DNA of 64,000 bases from an uncultured Acidobacteriota bacterium (GTDB taxonomy: Bacteria > Acidobacteriota > Blastocatellia > RBC074), in assembly GCA_963796275.1 (NCBI GenBank), contig CAWCKY010000004.1, positions 288,001 to 352,000 on the forward strand, read 5' to 3'. Positions 10,701 through 20,115 of the stretch are shown here, one piece after another (the stretch's first letter is position 1; each line of letters opens with the position of its first letter). Below the pieces are notes generated by a model. The model did not search any database, had not been told where the DNA came from, and was given only the letters and a program-made list of their open reading frames with translations. The position numbers and the translations under genes are program-made.

Positions 10701-11445
10701 GAACAAAATAGCCATCGTGACCGGGGGCGGCGGCGAGATAGGCAGCGCCACTGCTCTGCGCTTGACTGGCGAAGGCGCCACCGTAGTTGTGGCTGACGCC
10801 AACATAGAACAAGCCGATAGAGTTGCCGCTGCAATCCAATCCAAGGGTAGAAAGGCGTGGGTTTGCCACACCGATGTTTCAGAGCGCGCTTCCGTCGAGG
10901 CGCTGGCTACGGCGGTCTGGTCGCGACACGGCCAGATCGATATATTGTGCAATATCGCCGGCATCGCTCCTCCGGCCCACTTTCTGGAAACGAGCGATGA
11001 GAACTGGGATAGAACGATCGATGTCAATTTGAAAGGCGTCTTCCTCTGTTCGCAGGCTGTGGCGCGACTTATGGTCAAACAGGGGCGCGGAACGATAATC
11101 AATATGGCTTCGACCAACGGCCTGGTGGGTGAGGCAGGCCTCGTCGCCTACAACGCCTCGAAATTCGGAGTGGTCGGGATGACGATGACCGCGGCAATCG
11201 AGCTCGCGCCTTACAACATCCGCGTGAACGCGGTGGCGCCGGGAATGATCCGCACCAAACTTTCACAGGCCGTGCTGGACGCCGATCCGGAACTGGCCAG
11301 GGCCTATCTGAGAGATAAAATTCCGATGGCCCGCTTCGGCGAGCCGGATGAAGTGGCGGCCGCAGTGGCCTTTCTCGCTTCGGATGATGCGAGCTTCATT
11401 ACCGGACATTCGCTGGTTGTCGACGGCGGGCAGCTTACGTTCTGA
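10690..11445 (+). CDS. Short-chain dehydrogenase/reductase (FabG-like)
   Basis: TGGGGEIG, NIAG, YNASK, IRVNAVAPG, VDGG. The start MRLENK overlaps the gntR stop. Confidence 0.93.
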   Translation: MRLENKIAIVTGGGGEIGSATALRLTGEGATVVVADANIEQADRVAAAIQSKGRKAWVCHTDVSERASVEALATAVWSRHGQIDILCNIAGIAPPAHFLETSDENWDRTIDVNLKGVFLCSQAVARLMVKQGRGTIINMASTNGLVGEAGLVAYNASKFGVVGMTMTAAIELAPYNIRVNAVAPGMIRTKLSQAVLDADPELARAYLRDKIPMARFGEPDEVAAAVAFLASDDASFITGHSLVVDGGQLTF

Positions 11446-11635
11446 ATAGAATTCACTTCCAAACCAAGGCACCGATTGTCAAATGTGCCCTGGCCCGTTC
11501 GAGAGCCGCGACGCACCATGGAGAGAGAAAGAGTTCGATGAACGCGTGCGTCGCATGTCGTATGGAGGGGGAAGCTCCAGTGAGCTTGTATTTATTGCCC
11601 TGAGCTGAACAGATAGCCGCAGATCCGTTCCATAA

Positions 11636-12682
11636 CTATCTGGGCACAGCTTCAATAATGCTCCAATCCGAACCTGTCGGCACCACCTTGTTGAGACGCA
11701 GATCGGCTTCCCCCAGGAGACTTTCGTACTCTTCCTCCGTTCTTTCTTGTCCTCCCAAAAAGGTGAGCATAACGTAGTCCATAAGTTTTCCCGGGTGGAA
11801 TTCGTTACCTGCCGGTAGGATCATCTCGATAAGCAGTAGCCGGCCTCTTTCACCCATAGCCTGCCGGCAATTCCTGAGGATAGTGACGGCACGCTCGCGG
11901 TCCCAGTCGTGTATGATCCAGCGTAGAAGGTAAGCGTCGCATCCTGCCGGGACTGAATTAAAGAAGTCGCCGCCCACTACCTCGCAACGTTGGGTGAGGC
12001 CGGCGGAGGCGATCGATTCGCGTGAGCGAGGGGCAACGTGCGGCGCATCGAAGAGAATCCCGGTCATCTCCGGATATTTCTGCAAGATCGCGGCGATCAG
12101 CGTTCCATGGCCGCCGCCGACGTCGATGATCTTACCGATACCGCTAAAGTCGTACGAACTCACGACTGCTGCGGCGACGCCCTGCCCCATATTGTTCATC
12201 GCCTGATTGAAAATCTCTCCATCGCCGGGGCGGGCGGCCAGATAATCGAAGAACTCCATTCCGTTGACGCGCTCGAATACCGGTTCGCTTGTCTTGATGC
12301 TATGGAGGGCCTCCCCGTGCATGTGGTGATTGTGCTTGAGTCCGGTCATCCTCAACCATGATCGCAGCGAGCCCGGAACCCCGGTCCGTAGACACTCGCT
12401 GAGCGGCGTCTGGGCGAAGCTATCGGGCTGAACCTCGGTGAAAACATCGAGGCTGCACAATATCCGAAGTAGCCGATAGAGAGATCGAGGATGTGTGGAG
12501 GTGGCCTGTGCCAGCTCTTCACTGCTCCGTGGGCCGTCGGCGAGATGATCGGCGATGCCCAACTCCGCAGCTAACGAGAGCGAAGTCGATATGATCGTCC
12601 CCTGACTCAAGAAAAAGACCAGCATTGGCGGTGGAAGTTCAGATACACCTTGTCTGAACCATTTTTCTAACATCGATGGCAT
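11636..12682 (-). CDS. O-methyltransferase (Methyltransf_2 with dimerisation domain), copy 1
   Basis: A.ELGIAD.L..GP, DVGGGHG, GDFF, WIIHDW, GQERT..EY. AAGGAG RBS before 12682. Confidence 0.92.
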   Translation of the reverse strand: MPSMLEKWFRQGVSELPPPMLVFFLSQGTIISTSLSLAAELGIADHLADGPRSSEELAQATSTHPRSLYRLLRILCSLDVFTEVQPDSFAQTPLSECLRTGVPGSLRSWLRMTGLKHNHHMHGEALHSIKTSEPVFERVNGMEFFDYLAARPGDGEIFNQAMNNMGQGVAAAVVSSYDFSGIGKIIDVGGGHGTLIAAILQKYPEMTGILFDAPHVAPRSRESIASAGLTQRCEVVGGDFFNSVPAGCDAYLLRWIIHDWDRERAVTILRNCRQAMGERGRLLLIEMILPAGNEFHPGKLMDYVMLTFLGGQERTEEEYESLLGEADLRLNKVVPTGSDWSIIEAVPR

Positions 12683-12777
12683 ATAATTAACAACTCCTTT
12701 AAAAAATCGGCCGGGGGAGATGAAATAATACGACGAAATATAGTTATCTGACGGGGTTGACGAACTGGGCAATCGAT

Positions 12778-12870
12778 AACAGTTTTTTAGTTTTTAGTTT
12801 TCAGCACATTCTGGTTTTCCGCATATTCTGAATGATAAAACCGAAAACTGAAAACTGAAAACTGAAAACT
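12778..12870. repeat. Palindromic heptamer-repeat element
   Basis: (TTTTTAG/TTTTCAG)n ... (CTGAAAA)n. Confidence 0.8.
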
Positions 12871-12907
12871 GCTGATAGCCTCGGATTTTGTGGATAAAGC
12901 ATCGGGA

Positions 12908-13058
12908 AAGCGCCAGCGGCGCGAATGTATATAGCTCTGGCAAGAAAAGCTCGCAAGCTCCGTCAGGAGCGACATCTGAGCGTGGATATGCCGCCCCCCT
13001 GGGGCTGAGAAAAGCTTTTGTGAGCGAACATCTATAAACATAATGCCCCCCGGGGCTA
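12908..13058. repeat. Cluster of REP-like short GC palindromes
   Basis: GCGCCAGCGGCGC, GCTCCGTCAGGAGC, GCCCCCCTGGGGC and GCCCCCCGGGGC, with ATGT/ACAT-type tags in inverted arrangement. Confidence 0.6.
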
Positions 13059-13130
13059 ACCCACAAAATCTGGTGCGGTCAGGAAACCGAAACGCGAAAG
13101 GACTCATATTACCTATACAGATTACTTAAA

Positions 13131-13167
13131 TTAAACGAAACCGGCGGAGGATTAAACCTCTCGCCGG
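13131..13167 (-). terminator. Terminator-like hairpin homologous to the inter-TBDT hairpins (orphan copy)
   Basis: Minus strand CCGGCGAGAGGT-TTA-ATCCTCCGCCGG-TTTCGTTT. The same sequence occurs near 19975, 28285 and 33821. Confidence 0.55.
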
Positions 13168-13335
13168 CAATGAGAGAATCGCGCAGCGCACGCAGGAGAT
13201 CAAAGATCGCGCGTCTTGACCAAAAACATGTTAACTGTTAGGTTTAATTGATATTCGCGAGTTGCCTCAACTGCAGTATTTTTTTCAATTTGCGCTTACA
13301 TGTACCACATTTTGATTTCCAGAGGAGGGGAAATC

Positions 13336-14172
13336 ATGAATTCGGAATATAAACCCGACCTCCCCAACGATTATCTGTTGGGAAGGACACCGGAAGAACA
13401 TCAACGAATTCGCCGTCAGGCGAAGGTGTGGGAGCCCGCGACCATGCGGATTTTCCAGCAGATCGGGTTGCGTGAGGGCATGCAATGCCTTGATCTCGGT
13501 TGTGGGCCGGGTGAGGTGATGCGCTTAATTGGTGAGTCGGTAGGGACAACCGGACATGTCACAGGGCTCGACGCTGACGGCGAATTCGGTTGCCAAGCCA
13601 TAGAGATGTTGCAAGCAACTAAAAGCCACTTCACCTTTATCGAACAAGATATCGAAACAACCGATGAGATCCCGGGCCAGCCATTCGACCTGGTTTTTGC
13701 ACGCCTCATGATCATTTTCGCTCGAGATCCGGTTGCTACAATGCGAAAGATGTATACATGGACGAAACCAGGTGGGCACATCGTTGTACAAGACTATGAC
13801 ACTCGTACAATAGATATCTTCCCCAAACTAGAGTCTTGGGAAGAGCTAAATAGGGTCGTTTCAGGAGTATTCATGCAGCAGCGCAAGGATATACAAATCG
13901 GCCATAAACTGCCGGCATATTTCGTTGACGCCGGCATCGGCGATCCGGATGGTACGGACGTGGCAAGCGTCGTAGGCTCACTAAAACAATATGGCTGGTG
14001 GGTTCGCGTAGCCTACCAGAGCGTTTTGCAGCGCGCCATCCAAAGCGGACTCACGACCGAGGCAGAAAGCTTGGCAGCACTCGACGAGTTTAGCCAGGCA
14101 GAGCGGAGTGAACGTTACTATTCTGTTCTCTTCCCCTTGCTTATAGGTGCTTGGAAGCGTAAGCCCTTATAA
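13336..14172 (+). CDS. Class I SAM-dependent methyltransferase
   Basis: LDLGCGPG, FDLVFARL, KPGG.IVVQD. GGAGG RBS before 13336. Confidence 0.9.
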   Translation: MNSEYKPDLPNDYLLGRTPEEHQRIRRQAKVWEPATMRIFQQIGLREGMQCLDLGCGPGEVMRLIGESVGTTGHVTGLDADGEFGCQAIEMLQATKSHFTFIEQDIETTDEIPGQPFDLVFARLMIIFARDPVATMRKMYTWTKPGGHIVVQDYDTRTIDIFPKLESWEELNRVVSGVFMQQRKDIQIGHKLPAYFVDAGIGDPDGTDVASVVGSLKQYGWWVRVAYQSVLQRAIQSGLTTEAESLAALDEFSQAERSERYYSVLFPLLIGAWKRKPL

Positions 14173-14421
14173 AGTAGAACCATCCGTCCGACACTCACAA
14201 AATGCCGACGGGACCGTCGCCTGAATTGCAATCTGTGATCCGGAAGATTTCCTGTCCGAGTGCATCGTATTCTCTCTCCTCCAGTTTATCCCTTATCCAT
14301 TTATTCCCGGACGATCATTGTCCATCCCGGTAACCAATCGATTAACGGTTTTCCGTTTTAGAAGCTGAAAACTAAAATCGGACGGCGCATTGATGCGGAT
14401 GCTCGCTGATCCGTTTCATAA

Positions 14422-15468
14422 CTATCTGGGCACAGCTTCAATAATGCTCATCGGTGAACCTGTCGGCACCACTTTGTTGAGACGGAGATCGGCTTCGCGC
14501 AGTAGGCTATCGTACTCTTCCGCCGTTCTTTCTTGACCGCTATGAGATGTGAGCATAATGTAGTCCATCATCTTTCCCGGGTGGAATTCGTTCCCTGTCC
14601 TTATGACCGACTCGATCAGCAGCAGCCGGCTTCTTTCTCCCATCCCTTTTCGACAATTCCTGAGGATAGTGACGGCACGCTCGTTGTCCCAGTTGTGGAT
14701 GACCCAACGCAGGAGATAAGCGTCGCATCCCGAGGGAATTGATTTAAGGAAGTCGCCGCCCACTACCTCGCAACGGTGGGCGAGGCCGGCGGAGGCGATC
14801 GATTCGCGGGCGCTATCGGCTACGTGCGGCGAGTCGAAGAGAATCCCGGTCATCTCTGGATATTTCTGCAAGATCGCGGCGATCAGCGTTCCGTGGCCGC
14901 CGCCGACGTCGATGATCTTGCCGATACCGCTGAAGTCGTACGATTGTGCGACCGATGCGGCGACGACCTGCCCCATGTCGTTCATCGCCTGGTTGAAAAT
15001 CTCTCCTTCCTCGGGGTTGGCTGCCAGGTAATCGAAGAAGTCCATTCCAGCGACGCGGTTGAATGCCGGTTCGCCTGTCTTGATGCTGTGGAGAGCCTCG
15101 GCGTGCGTGTGGAACCTGACCTTGAACCCGATCATCCTCAACCATGACCGCATCGATCCCGGAACGCCGGTCCGTAGACACTCGCTAAGCGGCGTCTGGG
15201 CGAAGCTATCGGTCTGAATCTCGGCGAAAACACCAAGGCTGCACAATAACCGAAGTAAACGATAGAGAGATCGTGGATGTGTGGAAGTGGCCTGCGCCAA
15301 CTCTTCACTGCTGCGCGGGCCGTCGACGAGGAGATCGGCGATGCCCAGTTCCGCGGCCAGCGAGAGCGAAGTCGAGATGATCGTCCCTTGACTCAATAAA
15401 GATATGCGAATTGGCGGGGGAAGTTCAGATGCACTTCGCCCGAACCAGTTTTCTAACATCGATGACAT
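14422..15468 (-). CDS. O-methyltransferase (Methyltransf_2), copy 2
   Basis: Close paralog of 11636-12682, including ~60 bp of 5' flank. DVGGGHG, WVIHNW. Confidence 0.92.
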   Translation of the reverse strand: MSSMLENWFGRSASELPPPIRISLLSQGTIISTSLSLAAELGIADLLVDGPRSSEELAQATSTHPRSLYRLLRLLCSLGVFAEIQTDSFAQTPLSECLRTGVPGSMRSWLRMIGFKVRFHTHAEALHSIKTGEPAFNRVAGMDFFDYLAANPEEGEIFNQAMNDMGQVVAASVAQSYDFSGIGKIIDVGGGHGTLIAAILQKYPEMTGILFDSPHVADSARESIASAGLAHRCEVVGGDFLKSIPSGCDAYLLRWVIHNWDNERAVTILRNCRKGMGERSRLLLIESVIRTGNEFHPGKMMDYIMLTSHSGQERTAEEYDSLLREADLRLNKVVPTGSPMSIIEAVPR

Positions 15469-15567
15469 ATAACCTAACAACTCCTTTAAAAACCGGCCGT
15501 GGTGTATGAAATAATCCGACTAAATATAGTTGATCTGACGATCATTACTTCATTGCAGGAAGGAAAT

Positions 15568-16812
15568 TCATCCGTGTTCAACCAACCCGGAACGCTCCGG
15601 CTTCCTCGATGACTTCAGGCTCGCAGGCAGTGCAATTACGGTCAGTACCAGGAGAACGAGGCCGATGATATGGACGGCGGCTGGGCGTCCGCCGGCAATA
15701 TCGGCGAGGCGAATCACGACTATCGGGTTGACGAACTGGCCCAGGAAAAAACTGGCAGTCAAGGCCCCGGTCCCTAATCCACGCCGCTCGAGCGGCAAGG
15801 TGCGCATGTTCCAGGTCAGGAGCGCCGGCAAAAGCAATCCGCCTCCGAGCCCGTTGATCAGAATGCCTATCGTAACCTCATTCACTGTCGTGGCGGCTGC
15901 CAGGATCAGTAGGCCCACGCCCGAAGAGGCGCAGCTCAATGTCAGCAACCGGGGGGTGGTGAAGCCGATAATATTAAGACGGTGAAAGATGAGGCTTCCA
16001 AACATCTTCGCTAATGCCGAGATGCCTAATATCACACCGATGGTCCGGGTCGAGCGAATGCCCATCCCATTGAGCAGATAGGCCAGATGCACCGGCACGA
16101 CGTAAAATGCGATCAGGCCAATCAACGCGATCCCGCAGATACCAAGTAACAGCAGCGGGCGAAATGACGGCGCGGCGGCATCTCCCGGCGTCGCATCCTG
16201 TTCGACCTCTGGCCGCCGCTTTCGATCGGGTTCCCACAGGTAGATATGCGTCAACGGCGCAATCAGCAGGCTGATGCCGTAGACCCAGAATGGAGCCCGC
16301 CAGCCCAATTCACCTAAGAGTCCTCCCACCAAGAGAAAGATCGAGGCCGATAGAGCCACCCAGGTCACCTGCAGGGCCAGGTACTTGCTCCGCCTCGCTC
16401 CATCATAATAGTCCCCGATCAACGTCGTGCAGCAGGTCATGATCACGGCTTCCGCCAATCCCACTCCGGCACGGCTCACGATAATGGCATATAACGAATC
16501 GAGCCAGAGCGGCGCGGTTCCGAACACAGCATAGAGCACGAGGGCGATCACCAACGGGCGCCTGCGCCCCAGCACATCGACGATCACCCCCGCAAAGGGC
16601 GCCAGAATCGCGATGAAAAGTGCCGGAATCGTCAGCGCAATCGGCACCAGATATTCCACATTCGGAATCCCGGAAAATTGCCTTTGAATCTCCGGCAATA
16701 TCGGCGCAATCAACAGCCCGCCCATGATCGGCAGGCAACTTCCGGCCATGAGCAGGAAGGCATGGATGAATCTGGGCGTCTTCTCTTCTCTTCCCGAACG
16801 GTCATTGGACAT
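15568..16812 (-). CDS. Major facilitator superfamily transporter
   Basis: About 12 hydrophobic segments, motif A G.IVD.LGRR, and GWRAPF. Confidence 0.92.
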   Translation of the reverse strand: MSNDRSGREEKTPRFIHAFLLMAGSCLPIMGGLLIAPILPEIQRQFSGIPNVEYLVPIALTIPALFIAILAPFAGVIVDVLGRRRPLVIALVLYAVFGTAPLWLDSLYAIIVSRAGVGLAEAVIMTCCTTLIGDYYDGARRSKYLALQVTWVALSASIFLLVGGLLGELGWRAPFWVYGISLLIAPLTHIYLWEPDRKRRPEVEQDATPGDAAAPSFRPLLLLGICGIALIGLIAFYVVPVHLAYLLNGMGIRSTRTIGVILGISALAKMFGSLIFHRLNIIGFTTPRLLTLSCASSGVGLLILAAATTVNEVTIGILINGLGGGLLLPALLTWNMRTLPLERRGLGTGALTASFFLGQFVNPIVVIRLADIAGGRPAAVHIIGLVLLVLTVIALPASLKSSRKPERSGLVEHG

Positions 16813-16829
16813 CTATGTTACCCAATCGA

Positions 16830-16900
16830 TAACAGTTTTCAGTTTTCAGTTTTTAGTTTTTAGCATTCAGAATGGCTGAAAACTAAAAACTAAAAACTGT
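16830..16900. repeat. Palindromic heptamer-repeat element
   Basis: ACAGTTTTCAGTTTTCAGTTTTTAG...CTGAAAACTAAAAACTAAAAACTGT. Confidence 0.8.
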
Positions 16901-16904
16901 CTTT

Positions 16905-19892
16905 TCAAAATTTCAGCTTGAAGCCAAGCTGGATCTGTCGTGGATTGAAGACATCGCGCGTCGTCATAAAACCCGCCACCGGAGCCACGTTCAGGTTGCT
17001 GCTGCCGTAGAACGTGCTGATGTCACGTATATTGACCCGATTGAACAGATTGAAGAAATCGACGCTGAATTCGCTGTTCAACCTCTCTTTGAATTTGATC
17101 GGTCGCGCCACCCGCGCATCGACCGATGCAAACCCTGGCCCCATCAACGTGTTGCGCCCGAGAACCCCCGGTCGGTCCGAGAGCGGGTTCCCGTCAGCGT
17201 TCGCGTCGAAGCCGGTGAAGACCGTGAAGGGTCTCCCGCTCTCGATCGCCACCAGCGAACTGAACTTGAAATCACGCAGCAACGGTACCCCCTTCGGCAC
17301 CTGCTCGAGGAACGAGAGGGTGAACCGATGCGCCAAATGCTGGCGTGACAGCGCCCACTCGCTCAACCCAGGCGCTTGCGGAAAATCATTCAGGGCCGCC
17401 GACGAATCGACCCCTCCGTCTGACATCGTCTTCGAGAAGGTGTAGCTCCCATGTACCCCAAACCCTAGGCCGAATCGCCTCTCGATGTCTAATGTCCCGC
17501 CATGATAGGCCGTGTCTCCCAGGTTGGTGACGAAGACTATGTCGCCCAGTTCGGGAAATACCCGCGACCCGAAGAATGGTTGGCCAGGCGCCGGCGGCCC
17601 CATCGGCCCGACCGGCGGCGCTGGCGTCACCACCGCATTCAGGTTGCCCGAGCGTCCAATCAGCTTCACGCCATGCACGTACAGATATCCCGCAGTCAAT
17701 GCCACACCCCCTGGGAGTTCTTGCGATATCTGCAGGCTCGCCTGCGTGGTATACGGCGTGTCCAGGTTCCCGACCAATGTATCATTGAGCGTCGGTCTGC
17801 CCATCACCGGCGTCTGCCCCGTTGTCAGGAAGGTGAGCGTCGCCGGCGTCGCCATAGGTCCAGTCACGATCGTCTGGCTGAAACGGCCGCCGAACGTGGT
17901 CACACCCGGGAACAGTACCGCCGCATTCGGCAGATTGCCTCGGTTATTATATTCGGTCGCGTTGAAGCTCTGCCCGATGCTTGATGCCAACCGATCGTTG
18001 AATATTCCGAATCCTACTCGCACCACTCCCTTCGGGTTCCAACTGTAGGCCAGCCCGATGCGTGGCTGGAAATTGTTCGTATCGCGATCCTGAACAAAGC
18101 GTGAGGGATAGCCCTCAACGTCATATCGCACGCCCAGGCTCAAGCTCAACTTCGGTGTCACCCTCCATTGATCCTGGACGAAGCCTCCAAAGATGCTGTG
18201 ATTGAGCGTGAACCCGGTGCTGTTTGCGTAGATGTCCGGCAACGCCTGCGTGAACGGCACAGGCACCTGATAACCTGGTGCCGCTGCCGAACTCGGCCAC
18301 CAGAAGACTGCCGGGCCCGTGGTCGGACTCGGCGCCGTCGTCGGCGTGAAACCTAACAGCCGGGGCAGCGTCGGAAAGATGATCCGCCCCGGGAAGAACA
18401 GATTCCACACGCTCTCGTCATGCAAATAGTTGTAATCCCCTCCGAATTTGAACTGATGCGCCCCTCTGGAATAGCTGAAGTTGTCCGTCACTTGTATCCG
18501 GTCTTCCTGATAGTAGTCCAGGTCGGCCGGGTTCTTGCCCATCGTCAAGAGGTTGCTCACCTCGATCGTCGGCTCGCTGTTGACGCTCGGAAACCCGAAA
18601 CTCCGCCTCGCCAATTGCAACCTCGCCTCGTTCGAGGCCCGTGGCGAGAGCGGTGAAATCAAGGTCGCCACTACCGCCTGGTCGGTGACATCGTTGTTGC
18701 GCGTGGTCGATGAAAGAGAGGCCGCGCGACTCCCGCCGCCCAGGAAGTTGCTGGTATCCGCGGTCAGGTAGTTGTAGCGCAGCGAGAGCGCATTATCCCC
18801 AATCACATGGTCGACCTTCCCCAGGAATTGATCGTAGTCGTTCGAGCGAACCTGATTGAGCGTCTCCGGCACCAGATTGAATTGGGAGCGGAAGGCGTTG
18901 ATCGCCGCCAGGTTTTGCTGGATCACCTGCGCGAAGCGGTTCGATTCGTCGCGCCGCTGGCCTTCATAGTTGACGAAGTAGAAGGTGCTGTCTTCCTTGA
19001 TCGGCCCACCGAGGGTCGCCCCGTACTGATGCTGCCGCAGCACGTTGGTATCGGGAGTATTGAGGATCGATTGCGCGTTGAGCGCGTCGTTGATCCCGAA
19101 ATAATAGACCGATCCGTTCGGAGTGTTTGTGCCCGAGCGGGTGATGATGTTGACGAAGCCTCCGCTGGCTCGCCCGTATTCGGCCAGATAGGTTGAATTG
19201 AGTACGCGAAACTCGCTGGCCGCCTCCTGCGACGGCGTCGCGCGCGGCAAGCCGGTGAAGGTCTGTATGTTATCGGCTCCGTCCACCTGGATCAGGGTGG
19301 CGAGTTCTCCCTGGCCGGCGAATGACAGGCGCGGCGCCGCGACCGCTCCGACGCCGACATCCGGCTCTTTGAAAACGCCGCCGTAGATGTTCTCACGTCC
19401 CAGCGAGACCCCGCTCGAGAGTTTGACGAAGTCGACGAAGTTGCGCCCGATGTTGGGTAACGACTCGATCTCCCGCGTCTCGATCACCCGACTCAGCCCG
19501 ATTCTGTTCGGCTCGATCAAAGGCGCTCGCTCACCGATCGTCACCTGTTCAGAAATCGCGCCCACACTCATCGTTATATCCGCCGCTAACGCACCGCCGA
19601 CGCTCAGCGTCAGACCGCTCTGAAGAGCGACCTTGTAACCTGACGCCTCAACCCGCAACTCATAACTGCCAGGCTCCAGGTTGGTGAAACTGTACCGCCC
19701 CGCTTTATCAGTCGAAATCGTGCGCGTCTTTCCCGTCGCGATGTGACTGACCTTGACGGCCGCACCAGGAATCCCCCCTTTTTGTTCGTCTCGTACGACT
19801 CCGGAGAGCGTAGCTGTCGGTGTCTGCGCGCCAATCCCGACCGCCGCCAACAACAACCAAATCAATACTGTATAAATCTTCGCCTTGAGCAT
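16905..19892 (-). CDS. TonB-dependent transporter, unit 1 gene B
   Basis: Signal peptide, CarboxypepD_reg-like domain (G.V.D...IPGA.V), plug motif AEYGRASGG..NIITRSG, C-terminal PRQIQLGFKLKF. Confidence 0.93.
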   Translation of the reverse strand: MLKAKIYTVLIWLLLAAVGIGAQTPTATLSGVVRDEQKGGIPGAAVKVSHIATGKTRTISTDKAGRYSFTNLEPGSYELRVEASGYKVALQSGLTLSVGGALAADITMSVGAISEQVTIGERAPLIEPNRIGLSRVIETREIESLPNIGRNFVDFVKLSSGVSLGRENIYGGVFKEPDVGVGAVAAPRLSFAGQGELATLIQVDGADNIQTFTGLPRATPSQEAASEFRVLNSTYLAEYGRASGGFVNIITRSGTNTPNGSVYYFGINDALNAQSILNTPDTNVLRQHQYGATLGGPIKEDSTFYFVNYEGQRRDESNRFAQVIQQNLAAINAFRSQFNLVPETLNQVRSNDYDQFLGKVDHVIGDNALSLRYNYLTADTSNFLGGGSRAASLSSTTRNNDVTDQAVVATLISPLSPRASNEARLQLARRSFGFPSVNSEPTIEVSNLLTMGKNPADLDYYQEDRIQVTDNFSYSRGAHQFKFGGDYNYLHDESVWNLFFPGRIIFPTLPRLLGFTPTTAPSPTTGPAVFWWPSSAAAPGYQVPVPFTQALPDIYANSTGFTLNHSIFGGFVQDQWRVTPKLSLSLGVRYDVEGYPSRFVQDRDTNNFQPRIGLAYSWNPKGVVRVGFGIFNDRLASSIGQSFNATEYNNRGNLPNAAVLFPGVTTFGGRFSQTIVTGPMATPATLTFLTTGQTPVMGRPTLNDTLVGNLDTPYTTQASLQISQELPGGVALTAGYLYVHGVKLIGRSGNLNAVVTPAPPVGPMGPPAPGQPFFGSRVFPELGDIVFVTNLGDTAYHGGTLDIERRFGLGFGVHGSYTFSKTMSDGGVDSSAALNDFPQAPGLSEWALSRQHLAHRFTLSFLEQVPKGVPLLRDFKFSSLVAIESGRPFTVFTGFDANADGNPLSDRPGVLGRNTLMGPGFASVDARVARPIKFKERLNSEFSVDFFNLFNRVNIRDISTFYGSSNLNVAPVAGFMTTRDVFNPRQIQLGFKLKF

Positions 19893-19971
19893 TTTAAATA
19901 CATCTCCATACGGTGACCCCCGCTCGGGGCTTATATCCAGGGGCTTATCTTACGTATCTTCCCTATATGAT

Positions 19972-20098
19972 ACAAAACCGGCGAAGGGTTAGACCTCTCG
20001 CCGGTGAGGAGAGAATCGATCAGTACCGCGAACAATAGCGAGCGCGTCTTAACCAATCGATCATCAATAAAGACTCGCCCGCTACCGTTCGCGGTGCT
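19972..20098 (-). terminator. Inter-TBDT module: REP-like inverted repeat plus terminator-like hairpin (unit 1)
   Basis: Inverted repeat CAGTACCGCGAAC...GTTCGCGGTGCT (20021-20098) and hairpin 19977-20005 with a T-rich tail on the minus strand. Confidence 0.6.
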
Positions 20099-20115
20099 TT
20101 CGTTCTGATTTCGTT

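Noticed and set aside
9906-11117. 403-aa minus-strand ORF
   Set aside because: It lies antisense to well-supported GntR and SDR genes and has no recognisable motifs.
12787-13107. ORFs of 106 and 90 aa ending in FQFSVFSF-type sequence
   Set aside because: They are translations of the REP and heptamer repeats.
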